From NCBI GenBank assembly GCA_036396095.1, contig DASWLM010000013.1, positions 6,817-70,816 of the forward strand: 64,000 nt of DNA, written 5' to 3'. Position 1 is the first letter of the stretch. Every line of letters begins with the position of its first letter. A program made the position numbers and the translations under genes. The notes beneath the pieces were generated by a model, which saw only the letters and a list, made by a program, of their open reading frames with translations, was not told the DNA's origin and ran no database searches. This document shows positions 63,736 through 64,000 of this stretch, piece after piece. The DNA is from Dehalococcoidales bacterium (lineage in GTDB: Bacteria; Chloroflexota; Dehalococcoidia; Dehalococcoidales; Fen-1064).

Positions 63736-64000
63736 ATGGAAACTATTATCAATATAGAAAATGTTCACAAATACTTCGGCAGAGTCCATGCTTTGCGTGG
63801 TGTCAATTTGCAGGTACAGAAGGGTGAAGTGCTTGTTATCGTCGGACCTTCCGGCTCGGGGAAGTCAACCCTTTTACGCTGTATCAACCATCTGGAAGAA
63901 TACACCAGCGGTAAAATTATAGTCGACGGAATTCATCTGGATAGCGCAGAGAATATTAATGCCGTCCGCCAGGAAATCGGGATGGTATTTCAGTCGTTCA
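63736..64000 (+). CDS. amino-acid ABC transporter ATP-binding protein (3' end outside the window)
   Basis: ATG 63736. Walker A GPSGSGKST. Truncated by the window end. Confidence 0.9.
   Translation, partial: METIINIENVHKYFGRVHALRGVNLQVQKGEVLVIVGPSGSGKSTLLRCINHLEEYTSGKIIVDGIHLDSAENINAVRQEIGMVFQSF

Noticed and set aside
1-64000. A search for CRISPR arrays, rRNA/tRNA genes, transposases, integrases and reverse transcriptases.
   Set aside because: I saw no regularly spaced direct-repeat array, no rRNA-like conserved blocks, no convincing cloverleaf, and no DDE, tyrosine- or serine-recombinase or RT motifs in any ORF. Absence is judged by eye only and should be confirmed with tRNAscan-SE, Infernal and ISEScan.

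Overview
This is a 64-kb chromosomal segment, densely coding on both strands. The gene content suggests an anaerobic bacterium, perhaps Chloroflexota/Dehalococcoidia-like, but that taxon call is weak inference only. Housekeeping backbone: ftsH; scattered molybdenum-cofactor genes (moaE, moaC, moeA, moaB, and moaA with a Moco-riboswitch-like leader); nadK; class I fumarase plus mdh; prfA-prmC; etfBA; an 11-gene nuoABCDHIJKLMN operon lacking nuoEFG; cca; secDF; a CDF exporter; rsmA-ispE; rubrerythrin; and an amino-acid ABC importer. The most unusual locus is a NurA ... HerA cluster (47.8-52.3 kb). It carries extra genes between nurA and herA: a frameshifted cNMP-binding gene, an inserted four-helix-bundle cassette, and a 195-aa unknown translationally coupled to herA. 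Other oddities: (1) a 64-aa SH3/KOW-like gene plus a NuoB-like gene relic directly upstream of nuoA; (2) a lipoprotein that is a recent paralog of the SecD periplasmic head; (3) an orphan 5'-truncated RHS toxin tip with a coupled putative immunity gene; (4) AT-rich islets carrying an Erm-like methyltransferase and a HIRAN-domain protein; (5) an in-frame HAD-Ndk fusion; (6) a pyruvate kinase lacking the B domain; (7) tandem QueG/RdhA-superfamily Fe-S paralogs; (8) several dispersed short-repeat families, one of them flanking a GIY-YIG gene. I recognised no rRNA, tRNA, CRISPR array, transposase or integrase. All functional calls rest on motif recognition by eye, not on database searches.
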